Positions 18,498 to 26,924 of a stretch of 42,198 bases of DNA are shown one piece after another (the first letter of the stretch is position 1; every line of letters starts with the position of its first letter). Source of the stretch: Tissierellia bacterium. Its GTDB lineage: Bacteria; Bacillota; Clostridia; Peptostreptococcales; Acidaminobacteraceae. The notes below the pieces were generated by a model. The model ran no database searches and had not been told where the DNA came from. It saw only the letters and a program-made list of their open reading frames with translations. The position numbers and the translations under genes were made by a program. Location: NCBI GenBank assembly GCA_012841045.1, contig DUVM01000038.1:1-42198 (forward strand), in the 5' to 3' direction.

Positions 18498-19890
18498 ACT
18501 CTATTATAACGGGAAATGGCAAGACCCTTTACACCAAGACACAATAGCCGTGGAAAACCCCGCCACCCGTGAAATCATCGCCCATGTGCCTGCCGCTTCA
18601 GAAGAAGAAGTCAACCTCGCCATCGAGCATGCCGCTCGAGCGCTTCCTGACTGGCGCGCAACGCCCGTAGAAAAACGGATTGAGCTGATGGAAAAGTTTG
18701 TCACCATTTTAGAGTCGCGCCAGGAAAAGCTGGCGGAGATTATAACCTCCGAACTCGGCACACCGGTGAGACTGGCCCTCAATATGCACGTTCGAGGCTA
18801 TCTGCAAAATATCCGCAACGACATGAAGATTGCTAAAACGTATCCTTGGGTCGATGAGTATGACGGCTACAAAGTGTACAAGGAAAGTGTCGGTGTTGTG
18901 GCTTGCTTGACGCCTTGGAATTATCCCATGGGACAGGTCATCTTAAAAATCGTCCCGGCTCTTCTTGCAGGCAATGTGGTGCTCTTAAAGCCTTCACAGA
19001 AAACACCTCTTGTTGCCTATGAAATCACCAAAGCCATCGATGAGGCGGGCTTCCCCGCCGGCGTCTTTTCTCTTCTTCCTGGCAGAGGGGCGGAAGTGGG
19101 CAATGTCCTCGCCACGCATCCTCTTGTGAACCTCGTTACCTTCACCGGTTCCACTAAGGGCGGAACAGAAGTAGCCAAACTTGCACAGGATGATGTAAAG
19201 CGAGTGGTGCTGGAGCTTGGTGGTAAGAGCCCCAGCGTGATTCTCGAAGGAGCAGATCTTGAGCTCGCGCTCAAACGAACACTTGACAAAGTCTTTCTCA
19301 ATACCGGCCAGACTTGCTCTGCTTTCTCACGTCTTTTGGTTCCTAAGAGCATGAAGGAAGAAATTGAGAAACTGGCGTGCGAGAAAATAAAAAATTATTC
19401 TGTCGGAGATCCTCTGGATAAAGACGTACGTATCGGGCCACTAAACGGAACGGCACAAAAGGAAAAAGTACTCAAGTACATGAACATCGCCAAGGAAGAA
19501 GGCGCACGGCTTCTGTGCGGCGGCGAATATGAAGAACTCGAAGGGTACTACTTCCCACCCACGATCTTCACTGATGTCGACAATCTTTCGCGACTAGCTC
19601 AAGAAGAAATCTTTGGTCCCATTCTCTGTATCACAGAATATGACGGAATCGACGAAGCGATCCGTTTGGCCAATGAAACCGTATACGGACTCTCCGGCGC
19701 CGTCTTCGGCCCGGAAAAAGAAGCGTTTCACGTCGCATCGAATATACGAGCGGGTGTCCTCGTCGTCAATGACGGCAAGCAGACGACAGCCGGACCCTTT
19801 GGCGGTATGAAGCACTCCGGCTACGGAAGAGAAGGCGGTATCTACGGATTTGAGCCATTTGTCGAATTAAAGGTTATCTATGGCGAGTAA
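18487..19890 (+). CDS. NAD(P)-dependent aldehyde dehydrogenase
   Basis: Motifs present are ELGGKSP, the catalytic Cys in GQTCSAFSR, and EEIFGPIL. The ATG at 18487 follows GAGGAGG and overlaps the PPK2 end. Confidence 0.9.
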   Translation: MTNKLYYNGKWQDPLHQDTIAVENPATREIIAHVPAASEEEVNLAIEHAARALPDWRATPVEKRIELMEKFVTILESRQEKLAEIITSELGTPVRLALNMHVRGYLQNIRNDMKIAKTYPWVDEYDGYKVYKESVGVVACLTPWNYPMGQVILKIVPALLAGNVVLLKPSQKTPLVAYEITKAIDEAGFPAGVFSLLPGRGAEVGNVLATHPLVNLVTFTGSTKGGTEVAKLAQDDVKRVVLELGGKSPSVILEGADLELALKRTLDKVFLNTGQTCSAFSRLLVPKSMKEEIEKLACEKIKNYSVGDPLDKDVRIGPLNGTAQKEKVLKYMNIAKEEGARLLCGGEYEELEGYYFPPTIFTDVDNLSRLAQEEIFGPILCITEYDGIDEAIRLANETVYGLSGAVFGPEKEAFHVASNIRAGVLVVNDGKQTTAGPFGGMKHSGYGREGGIYGFEPFVELKVIYGE

Positions 19891-20548
19891 GCTATCATTA
19901 ACTACTACAGAAGCGATTAGTAAGAAGTTTCAACTGGATCGTTTCACCCGCAGGGCGCTTGTCAACCTTCCTGAAGCGGCTCCGGAACTGGCCGAAGTCG
20001 AAGGAGATCGAGACCTTTTGAACCCTCCTTACGAACTGATCGTCACATTTGTCAAAGATCTCGACGTCTGGAAAAAGTTTCTGACAAAAGTCAGCAGAGA
20101 AGATCTCCTCAGCGAAGGAGGTGTGATCTATTTCCTGTATCCCAAGCGAGGTAACAAAGTGTATGATACCTTTATCCATCGCGATGACATCTTCCCCACT
20201 CTCAAGGTAGATGACGATGACGGATACTTTCAGGGAAGCGATCTCAAATTTAACCGAATGTTTTCTCTCAATGATGTCTTCACCGTGGTGGGAGTAAAGA
20301 AATTATCCAAGCGCCCTGCTCCCTCCACAGGACCTTCGCAAAGAGTGGGAGACTATGAACATCGCCTGGGCGAAGTGGAAGAGCTTCTCCTTAAAAACCC
20401 TGACGCTTTGGAGTTTTATCGTTCCCTGACGCCGGGTTACCGGCGAAACTACGCTCGTTTTATTTTGGGCGTAAAGACGGAAGCCACAAAACAAAGCCGC
20501 TTGGAAAAAGCCGTTCGCTTTTTAGAAGAAGGCAGAAAAACGCCGTAA
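19880..20548 (+). CDS. YdeI/OmpD-associated family protein (C-terminal domain); N-terminal part unknown
   Basis: The C-terminus (FYRSLTPGYRRNYARFILGVKTEATKQSRLEKAVRFLEEG) matches the YdeI/OmdA tail from memory. The ATG overlaps the ALDH end. Confidence 0.5.
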   Translation: MASKLSLTTTEAISKKFQLDRFTRRALVNLPEAAPELAEVEGDRDLLNPPYELIVTFVKDLDVWKKFLTKVSREDLLSEGGVIYFLYPKRGNKVYDTFIHRDDIFPTLKVDDDDGYFQGSDLKFNRMFSLNDVFTVVGVKKLSKRPAPSTGPSQRVGDYEHRLGEVEELLLKNPDALEFYRSLTPGYRRNYARFILGVKTEATKQSRLEKAVRFLEEGRKTP

Positions 20549-20562
20549 AGGAGCAGTGTATT

Positions 20563-21378
20563 ATGTCAATATTTACCACATCAAGGAATCACCGCATTCA
20601 CTACATAGACAAAGGAAAAGGGGAACCCGTCGTCTTGGTCCACGGATGGAGCGGCAGTACCGCAAACTTTGTCTTCCTAAAGAAAGATCTTTTGGAAGCA
20701 GGCTACCGTGTCATTGCCATGGATCACATAGGACACGGTGAATCCCAAATACCTGACACACTGCCTCTGATCGAAAATCTGGCGGATGATCTTCACGAGC
20801 TGTTGGAAAGTTTGCACCTGGAGTCATTTACTCTTCTTGGCTATTCAATGGGTGTATACGTCTCTTTTGAATACCTCCTAAAATACGCCCCGTCAAATAT
20901 CAAACATCTGATCCTTGTCGATATGACGCCTCGTCTTGTCGCTGACAAAGAAGCGAAGACAGGACTCTATCATGCCGGTGTCACAAAAGAAGACGTCCCC
21001 GTTTTCCTTAAAGAGATGCGAGAAGACTTCAAAAAGTGGTGGTTTGGATTTTTTGAAAAAGTATCCCTTCTTCGGATGACACCGGAGACAGAAGAGATGG
21101 CCATGGAAGCCCTGGGTGACTATAACCTCGATGTCCTCGTGACCCTGTTTAATGATATGTTCACCAAAGACTATCGAGGAAAACTCGACAACATAACAGT
21201 CCCTGCAACGCTTATCTACGCAGATCCCGGGAGCCTCTACAGCATCCACGATGCAAAGGCTATGAAAGAAGCTCTTCCGCAGCTCGAACTCGTTCCCGTG
21301 AAGAATTCTACACACCTTCTTGTGATCACCCATCCTGTAGATTTTAACCAAGCGGTCTTTCGCATTTTAGAAAAATAA
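20563..21378 (+). CDS. Alpha/beta hydrolase
   Basis: Motifs present are the oxyanion HGWSGS, the nucleophile GYSMGV and a C-terminal His in NSTHLL. The RBS is AGGAG. Confidence 0.8.
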   Translation: MSIFTTSRNHRIHYIDKGKGEPVVLVHGWSGSTANFVFLKKDLLEAGYRVIAMDHIGHGESQIPDTLPLIENLADDLHELLESLHLESFTLLGYSMGVYVSFEYLLKYAPSNIKHLILVDMTPRLVADKEAKTGLYHAGVTKEDVPVFLKEMREDFKKWWFGFFEKVSLLRMTPETEEMAMEALGDYNLDVLVTLFNDMFTKDYRGKLDNITVPATLIYADPGSLYSIHDAKAMKEALPQLELVPVKNSTHLLVITHPVDFNQAVFRILEK

Positions 21379-21428
21379 GTGCCGATTTTACTCCCTCCTA
21401 ACCGAGGGAGTTTTGTTATGCAGACATC

Positions 21429-21447
21429 TGTACCCATTAGCGGATAG
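21429..21447 (+). promoter_or_regulatory. Conserved upstream motif TGTACCCattaGCGGATAG (copy A), followed by CCTCTATAATAAAG
   Basis: It is 17/19 identical to 22677-22695, upstream of the paralogous gene. The -10-like TATAAT is at 21467-21472. Confidence 0.45.
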
Positions 21448-21510
21448 TACATTTGTTGTTTGCCTCTATAATAAAGACAGGTATACCTATCAAGAGAGAG
21501 GAACGAATCC

Positions 21511-22566
21511 ATGAATCACTTATTTAGAAGAAGAGTCCTTGCCATAAGTACATTCGTCCTTCTGGCTCTTTTGTGCGGATGTATGCAGGTGGAACAGGTG
21601 GAAGAGGAAAAAATGACCGGGAAAGAAACCATCTTCGAAATCAGCCCAAAAACGATTACCCCTCAAGATGGTCGCATCGAGTCTTTCTTTCTCCATACCA
21701 TCGGAAATACGGAGTTTCAGGATGGGAGCATCTATGTCAGCATCGATCCGTATGATCCACAAGATAGAATCATGCAGATTCGTATAGGAGACAATGCTTC
21801 CATCTTTCAAGAAAAAGGTTATGTGCTCATGGTAGATTCGATCGGTGAGACACCATGGGATAACGTAGCATACACCATAGCAGTAGATGAAGCACTTTTA
21901 ATCGATCTCACAGACATCGTGAGTCAAAGCGATCTGTATACCTTCAGCGGAAAAACGAGTTGGACTGAAGGCCTTCCTCTCAGTGCTGGAATGTCTATGC
22001 TCCGTGTGACCTACGTCTCCGGAAATAACCTATCGTACTCAGAAAATGGCAATATTTCCAGAGTCGCTCAAGATCTCTCAGAGAGAGTCCGCCCTCTTTT
22101 AATCAAGGTGCTTGAAGAGAACCAACTTTCTTTTCTGCCACTACTTAATGTCTATCATTCACTCCCCACTCCAACAGACTGGATAGAGGAAATCTCATTG
22201 AGCCGCTCGCATGAAACGGCGATCAATACCTTCTCGTTCCATGTCAACTTTTCTCCTTCAGGGAGTACACTCACAGGAGACTGCCAAGATAATGAGGGAG
22301 TTTATCACTGCGAGAACGTCACCCTCGAGGAAGAGGAAGCCCAGGACATTTTAAGCATATTACGTGAAGCAAAGTTCTATTATCAGCCCTCTGAAGAGGC
22401 CGATCCGGAGGAATCCTACGGTTCTGCTCTCCATGTAAAATCACGAGCTGGAGAAGACATTCAAGCCGTTCAACACATCAGCACCGATCTCGAAGCGAAA
22501 TTCAACTTGGAGGAATTTTTGTCTTATCTGACACAAAAATACAGTGAATCCCAACCAGCGCATTGA
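21511..22566 (+). CDS. Lipoprotein of unknown function (paralog 1)
   Basis: It has a signal peptide with lipobox LLCGC. It is collinear with the next gene (SIDPYDPQD, FQEKGYVL, KFYYQPSEEA, LTQKYSE). Confidence 0.75.
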   Translation: MNHLFRRRVLAISTFVLLALLCGCMQVEQVEEEKMTGKETIFEISPKTITPQDGRIESFFLHTIGNTEFQDGSIYVSIDPYDPQDRIMQIRIGDNASIFQEKGYVLMVDSIGETPWDNVAYTIAVDEALLIDLTDIVSQSDLYTFSGKTSWTEGLPLSAGMSMLRVTYVSGNNLSYSENGNISRVAQDLSERVRPLLIKVLEENQLSFLPLLNVYHSLPTPTDWIEEISLSRSHETAINTFSFHVNFSPSGSTLTGDCQDNEGVYHCENVTLEEEEAQDILSILREAKFYYQPSEEADPEESYGSALHVKSRAGEDIQAVQHISTDLEAKFNLEEFLSYLTQKYSESQPAH

Positions 22567-22676
22567 TTCTCTAAAAACCTAGCTTCATTTCCAAAAATAA
22601 GTATGATCTGATACCTAGAGCTTAAAAGAGGCCTTCCTTGTCTTGGATGGTCTCTTCTCTTTTTCTACATGAAATG

Positions 22677-22695
22677 TGTACCCTTTTGCGGATAG
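22677..22695 (+). promoter_or_regulatory. Conserved upstream motif TGTACCCttttGCGGATAG (copy B), followed by CCTCTACAATAAAAG
   Basis: See copy A. The -10-like TACAAT is at 22717-22722. Confidence 0.45.
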
Positions 22696-22754
22696 AAAGA
22701 CGGGCCACCTCTCCTCTACAATAAAAGTAACTACATAAACAGGAGGACGTGTCG

Positions 22755-23831
22755 ATGTACCGCCTTGAAGTAAAAAGGATGATCATCTTTCTCACTCTCT
22801 TGTTGCTTTTCTTTCTTACCAGCTGTATGCAAAATGGCGCTGAAACGCCCGGCCAACACGTCCCTATAAAGTGGCTGTTGATGCCTATCGCTCCAGAAAA
22901 TGGAACCCTCCGCTCTTTCTCATTGCAAAGCGCATGCGAAGGAGAGTTTCAATGGGGAAAAATGGAACTATCTATCGGTCCCTATGACCCACAGGACAAG
23001 TATTTGACTACAAAGACAAATGACGACATCGCCCTTTTTGAAGAAATGGGATACTTTTTAGATATAAAAGTATATGGCGACTACTACGAAAGCGAACCAC
23101 TGAGCGTTGTTCTCCCAGTAAACGAAACGTTTCTCATGGAACTTACCCGAGCGATCGATCGCTCGGGACTCACTAGTAAGAGCAGTGTATTTGATGAGGT
23201 AGAGGAGATTTCTCAGGACACTTCTCATTTTCTTGTGACTATGGATTATTCCTCCGATAAAAAGATGAGCTACTCCCTACCAATAGAAAGCAATGCTGTT
23301 TCAGAAGACTTTTTTAGGCAGATCTATCCCCTACTCCATAAAGAACTGAAAAAATATTCTCACTCATTTATACCGTTTTTGAATATACTACCGGGGATTT
23401 CCCCCAATCCTCAGTGGATCCAAACCTTCTCTTTTCATCGCAGCTCCGACAAACTTGAAAACAACACCCATTTTTCCTTTACGCAAGTTTCCGGTGAGCC
23501 TGTTTTTTCAGGGAGTTTCTACTCTACCGAAACAAAGCAATTAGTATTTTGTGACCATGTCGTGCTCACACCGAAGGAAGAGAAGAAACTGCTGGAGCTT
23601 TTTGTCCAATCAAAATTCTTTTTCTTGCCGGAAGAAGCTGCAGAGAACCATGATCTCCCACTCTGCGAAGGCATAGAGCAAGTTAGCCTCGTCTCATTTT
23701 CTACCGAAAAAGGACGTGATGAGGCAGAAAATTATTGGATCGCTCCCGGACCATGTACAGATTGGGATTGTAAGTCTTCCTTTTTCCTTCTACTGACGGA
23801 ACTGACCGAAAAATACGCAGAGATCTATTGA
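22755..23831 (+). CDS. Lipoprotein of unknown function (paralog 2)
   Basis: The lipobox is FLTSC. The ATG at 22755 sits 8 nt after AGGAGG. The track GTG at 22749 is too close to the RBS. Shared blocks are SIGPYDPQD, FEEMGYFL, KFFFLPEEAA and LTEKYAE. Confidence 0.75.
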   Translation: MYRLEVKRMIIFLTLLLLFFLTSCMQNGAETPGQHVPIKWLLMPIAPENGTLRSFSLQSACEGEFQWGKMELSIGPYDPQDKYLTTKTNDDIALFEEMGYFLDIKVYGDYYESEPLSVVLPVNETFLMELTRAIDRSGLTSKSSVFDEVEEISQDTSHFLVTMDYSSDKKMSYSLPIESNAVSEDFFRQIYPLLHKELKKYSHSFIPFLNILPGISPNPQWIQTFSFHRSSDKLENNTHFSFTQVSGEPVFSGSFYSTETKQLVFCDHVVLTPKEEKKLLELFVQSKFFFLPEEAAENHDLPLCEGIEQVSLVSFSTEKGRDEAENYWIAPGPCTDWDCKSSFFLLLTELTEKYAEIY

Positions 23832-23982
23832 TTCTCCTCTTTTGTATTTCTATTTTTCATCCACTCTCTATTCACTTGGATGAATTTCAAGCATTTTTTG
23901 CATTATGCAGCGTTCCTGCCAAATGTTGGGCTTATATTCTCTTGCACGGGTATGTATATTTATTAGATGCAAGGAGGAATCA

Positions 23983-24885
23983 ATGAAAACGATTACAAAA
24001 GATAAGATAGTCTATACATTTGATAAAGAAAACGTTCCGGTGGAAAGGATTTCTTCGGGAGAAACCATCCGCATCGAAACGTGTGATTGCTTTACCGATA
24101 CAGTGACATCGGAAGACGATCTGATGATGGATCTGGATTTTAGTAAGATCAATCCGGCGACAGGTCCCATTTACGTAGAAGATGCCATGCCCGGCGATGT
24201 GCTTAAGGTCGAGATCCTCAAAATAGATCTCGAGCCTCTTGGAATTATGGCTGTAGGAGAAGGTCTGGGACTCTTGGGAGAACACGTGACCTCCGCTCAG
24301 ACAAAACTCTTTCCTATAACAAATGACACAGTGGATATGTTCGGGCTGACACTCCCTCTTACGAAGATGATCGGAGTGATAGGTACTGCACCGGCAGGAG
24401 AAGCCGTGCCAAACGGTACTCCAGACGAACATGGTGGCAATATGGACTGCACCATTATAAAAGAAGGCTCCACCCTTTATCTGCCCGTCGGTGTAGAAGG
24501 AGCACTCTTTGCCCTTGGCGATCTGCACGCATTGATGGGCGATGGAGAAATCAGTGTCAGCGGTGCAGAGGCCGCCGGCGCCGTAGAGGTGAAAATTTCC
24601 GTGATAAAAGATTATGCGCTTCCGACTCCTTCTGTCTTGACAAAAGATTTCTTTGCCACGTTGTCATCAGCTGAGACGATGGAAGCAGCATCTAAAGACG
24701 CGTCGAAAAAAATGATCGATTTTCTTGTATCGAATGCAAACCTACACTTCAATGAAGCCTACATGCTTCTATCCGCCGCTGGAAAGCTGGCCGTATGCCA
24801 GGTGGTGGATCCTCTTTTGACCATGCGAATGGAGCTCAATAGAGAATATCTGGATACTCTGATGGGAAAAGAGTGGAGTAAGTAG
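23983..24885 (+). CDS. Acetamidase/formamidase family protein
   Basis: DEHGGNMDCTIIKEGSTLYLPV and GDLHALMGDGE are FmdA/AmdA signatures. The ATG at 23983 follows AAGGAGG. The track start at 23905 is an extension. Confidence 0.85.
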   Translation: MKTITKDKIVYTFDKENVPVERISSGETIRIETCDCFTDTVTSEDDLMMDLDFSKINPATGPIYVEDAMPGDVLKVEILKIDLEPLGIMAVGEGLGLLGEHVTSAQTKLFPITNDTVDMFGLTLPLTKMIGVIGTAPAGEAVPNGTPDEHGGNMDCTIIKEGSTLYLPVGVEGALFALGDLHALMGDGEISVSGAEAAGAVEVKISVIKDYALPTPSVLTKDFFATLSSAETMEAASKDASKKMIDFLVSNANLHFNEAYMLLSAAGKLAVCQVVDPLLTMRMELNREYLDTLMGKEWSK

Positions 24886-24903
24886 ATTAAGGCAAATAGG
24901 AAA

Positions 24904-24933
24904 AAAAGACAATCTCTTCAGATTGTCTTTTTC
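24904..24933. terminator. Intrinsic terminator (A-run / T-run flanked)
   Basis: The hairpin is aagacaatc-tcttca-gattgtctt. Confidence 0.8.
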
Positions 24934-25006
24934 TCTGTCCAATTAAGATAAGAATAAGGCTCATGTGATTAAATGCTTTTAGATACTGACGTATCTCTAA
25001 GAAGGC

Positions 25007-25558
25007 TCAAAATAACACTTTTACCATCGAGATCTCATCCATAAATGTTCCATCGCTTTTTTTTGCAGCGTCTTTGAGCCGCCCGTATTCTATAAATCCT
25101 GCTTTTTCATAGAGTTTTCTTGCCCGGACATTTTCAGAGAAGACCTCCAGCTCAAGTTGTCGAAAGCCAAGTGTTCGCGCTGTATCGATGGCGAGCTTTG
25201 TCATTTCTATTCCCAATCCCTTGCCCCACTCCGACTGATTGATGGCGATGCCAAATACTGCTCTGTGCACACCTTTTGAGAGTTCTGTTCTTGGATAGAC
25301 GTTCGTACTGGCGACAATTTCACCATCTTTTTCTGCCAAGATCATGGCGCGAAGGGGATGCATTTCATACATTTCAAGGAGTTCTTCTTCATCTTGCAAA
25401 GTGACGGTACACTCGACGGGGGTCCTCAGCAGATATTCTGTCTCACTGGACCACTGATAAAGGAGTTTTAGAAGTTCCACCGCATCACTTTTTAACGCTG
25501 ATCGAACAAGATATTTTTCTCCATTTTTTAAGGTTATCTCACTCGGTTGGATTTTCAT
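25007..25558 (-). CDS. GNAT family N-acetyltransferase (RimJ/RimL-like)
   Basis: The 183-aa product carries a GNAT motif A region (QSEWGKGLGIEMTKLAI). Confidence 0.75.
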   Translation of the reverse strand: MKIQPSEITLKNGEKYLVRSALKSDAVELLKLLYQWSSETEYLLRTPVECTVTLQDEEELLEMYEMHPLRAMILAEKDGEIVASTNVYPRTELSKGVHRAVFGIAINQSEWGKGLGIEMTKLAIDTARTLGFRQLELEVFSENVRARKLYEKAGFIEYGRLKDAAKKSDGTFMDEISMVKVLF

Positions 25559-26003
25559 TTGATGCCCTCAAAAACTCTTTTATTTCATCGAGTTCTTCCT
25601 CGCTGAACACGCGAAAACCATCTTGTATTAGTTTTCTTGTTGTCACACCCTGCCCTTTTATGATCGACCCGCTAAACGTTCCATCATATATTTGATTCAC
25701 TCCACACGATGGGCTGCGCTCCTTCAAAATGGCAACATCAATGTTTTTAAAGCGCGCTCTCTCCAGAGCAATATCGGCTCCCCATTCAAAAACCTCCGTC
25801 ACGTCATTTCCCATACTGGTGATGACACGTTCCCCCACAATTTCTGCAGGAGACCTTGGCGTAGGAAGTCCGCCTTCTACTTCCGGACAGATGAAATAGA
25901 GCTTCTGTCCTTCTAGTAATGACAAAAGCTCCGTATTGATGATTCGTTTGGCATCATAACGGCAAGGTGCTCCCATGAGGCAGCGGCTGACGAGAATCTT
26001 CAA
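25539..26003 (-). CDS. DUF523 (TudS-like) domain protein
   Basis: The N-terminus (MKILVSRCLMGAPCRYDAK) and a later SPSCG are typical DUF523 Cys motifs, from memory. It overlaps both neighbours. Confidence 0.6.
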   Translation of the reverse strand: MKILVSRCLMGAPCRYDAKRIINTELLSLLEGQKLYFICPEVEGGLPTPRSPAEIVGERVITSMGNDVTEVFEWGADIALERARFKNIDVAILKERSPSCGVNQIYDGTFSGSIIKGQGVTTRKLIQDGFRVFSEEELDEIKEFLRASNENPTE

Positions 26004-26596
26004 TAGCCTAGTTCCTCTCCTATAAGTATAATTTCTGTATCGTTTTTAATACTGGAACTCCAAGTATATACCATCATCATGCGACAGATGCGTTGTTCGA
26101 CCTGACAATCATAGCATTTTTCTACTTCTGCTGTGGCACATGGAGTTTTCAGATGAAAACGTTTGGCATTTCTGGGCGCTGCGACATTTTTCGCGCGATC
26201 AATTGCACTTTCGAGATCCGGCGTCAGCTTATTCGTCCCTGCTATAAAGTACACCTTGCAGTCTCCATAGGCAGACGTGGTAATCCGGTTACCTTTTCCG
26301 TCGATGTTGACAAATTCTCCCGTCTGGGAAATGGCGTTGATTCCACAAATATATACGTCACACTCCGCTTCTTTTTGCCTCTGCAGAGCAGGATCCAGTC
26401 GCCAGTGCCAATACACATCGTTGTGTTTGCCTAGACTTTCAAAAATGCCAAGCTCCTGCGATGTCACCGAACCGCCCATAGCCACCTTCTTCCCATCAAT
26501 CTGCTCATTGAGATAGTCGGCGGCTTCTTCTTTTGTCTCAAAATATCTGGGGAGATACCCTCTTTTTTGTAAGTTTTTCAGCGTCGTTTCTACCAT
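26000..26596 (-). CDS. LUD-domain (lactate-utilization B/C-like, DUF162) protein
   Basis: It is about 198 aa. The N-terminus (LKNLQKRGYLPRYFETKEEAADYL) resembles YkgG/LutC-like proteins, from memory. The ATG at 26596 follows GAGGAGG. Confidence 0.5.
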   Translation of the reverse strand: MVETTLKNLQKRGYLPRYFETKEEAADYLNEQIDGKKVAMGGSVTSQELGIFESLGKHNDVYWHWRLDPALQRQKEAECDVYICGINAISQTGEFVNIDGKGNRITTSAYGDCKVYFIAGTNKLTPDLESAIDRAKNVAAPRNAKRFHLKTPCATAEVEKCYDCQVEQRICRMMMVYTWSSSIKNDTEIILIGEELGY

Positions 26597-26693
26597 ATGC
26601 TCCTCCTCTTTTGCACATCTCAAGCGAATTCATCTCCCACACTAAGGATCCTACCTATTGGAAAGAAGGATTGGTTTTTGTGAAACGAAAGCG

Positions 26694-26924
26694 TCAACGC
26701 TCGCGTTCTACATCCAGGTGAACCATCAACTCTTCTGATGGCCAAGTAATGAATACCTTGTCTCCCGGGAATATTTTCTTCCTTCTTGCGCGGACGGGTT
26801 CACCGTTGACGAGAACACTCCCCTCTTCAAGGAGAATTTTTGTCAATCCACCACTGGGAAGAATGTCGGCAAATTTCAAAAGTGCATCCAACGCAATATA
26901 TTCGGTCTCAATCGTCACTTTCAT
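26694..26924 (-). CDS. yaaA: S4-domain RNA-binding protein YaaA
   Basis: The 76-aa product contains ALLKFADILPSGGLTKILLEEGSVLVNGEPVRARRKKIFPGD. It sits in the conserved position after dnaN, with a 1-nt TAATG overlap. Confidence 0.8.
   Translation of the reverse strand: MKVTIETEYIALDALLKFADILPSGGLTKILLEEGSVLVNGEPVRARRKKIFPGDKVFITWPSEELMVHLDVERER

Noticed and set aside
8733-24885. Using a hand count of G versus C to decide whether the head-on block is a recent inversion.
   Set aside because: A tally of a few 60-nt lines gave no stable signal and is confounded by coding-strand purine bias. A proper windowed skew calculation is needed, so I draw no conclusion.
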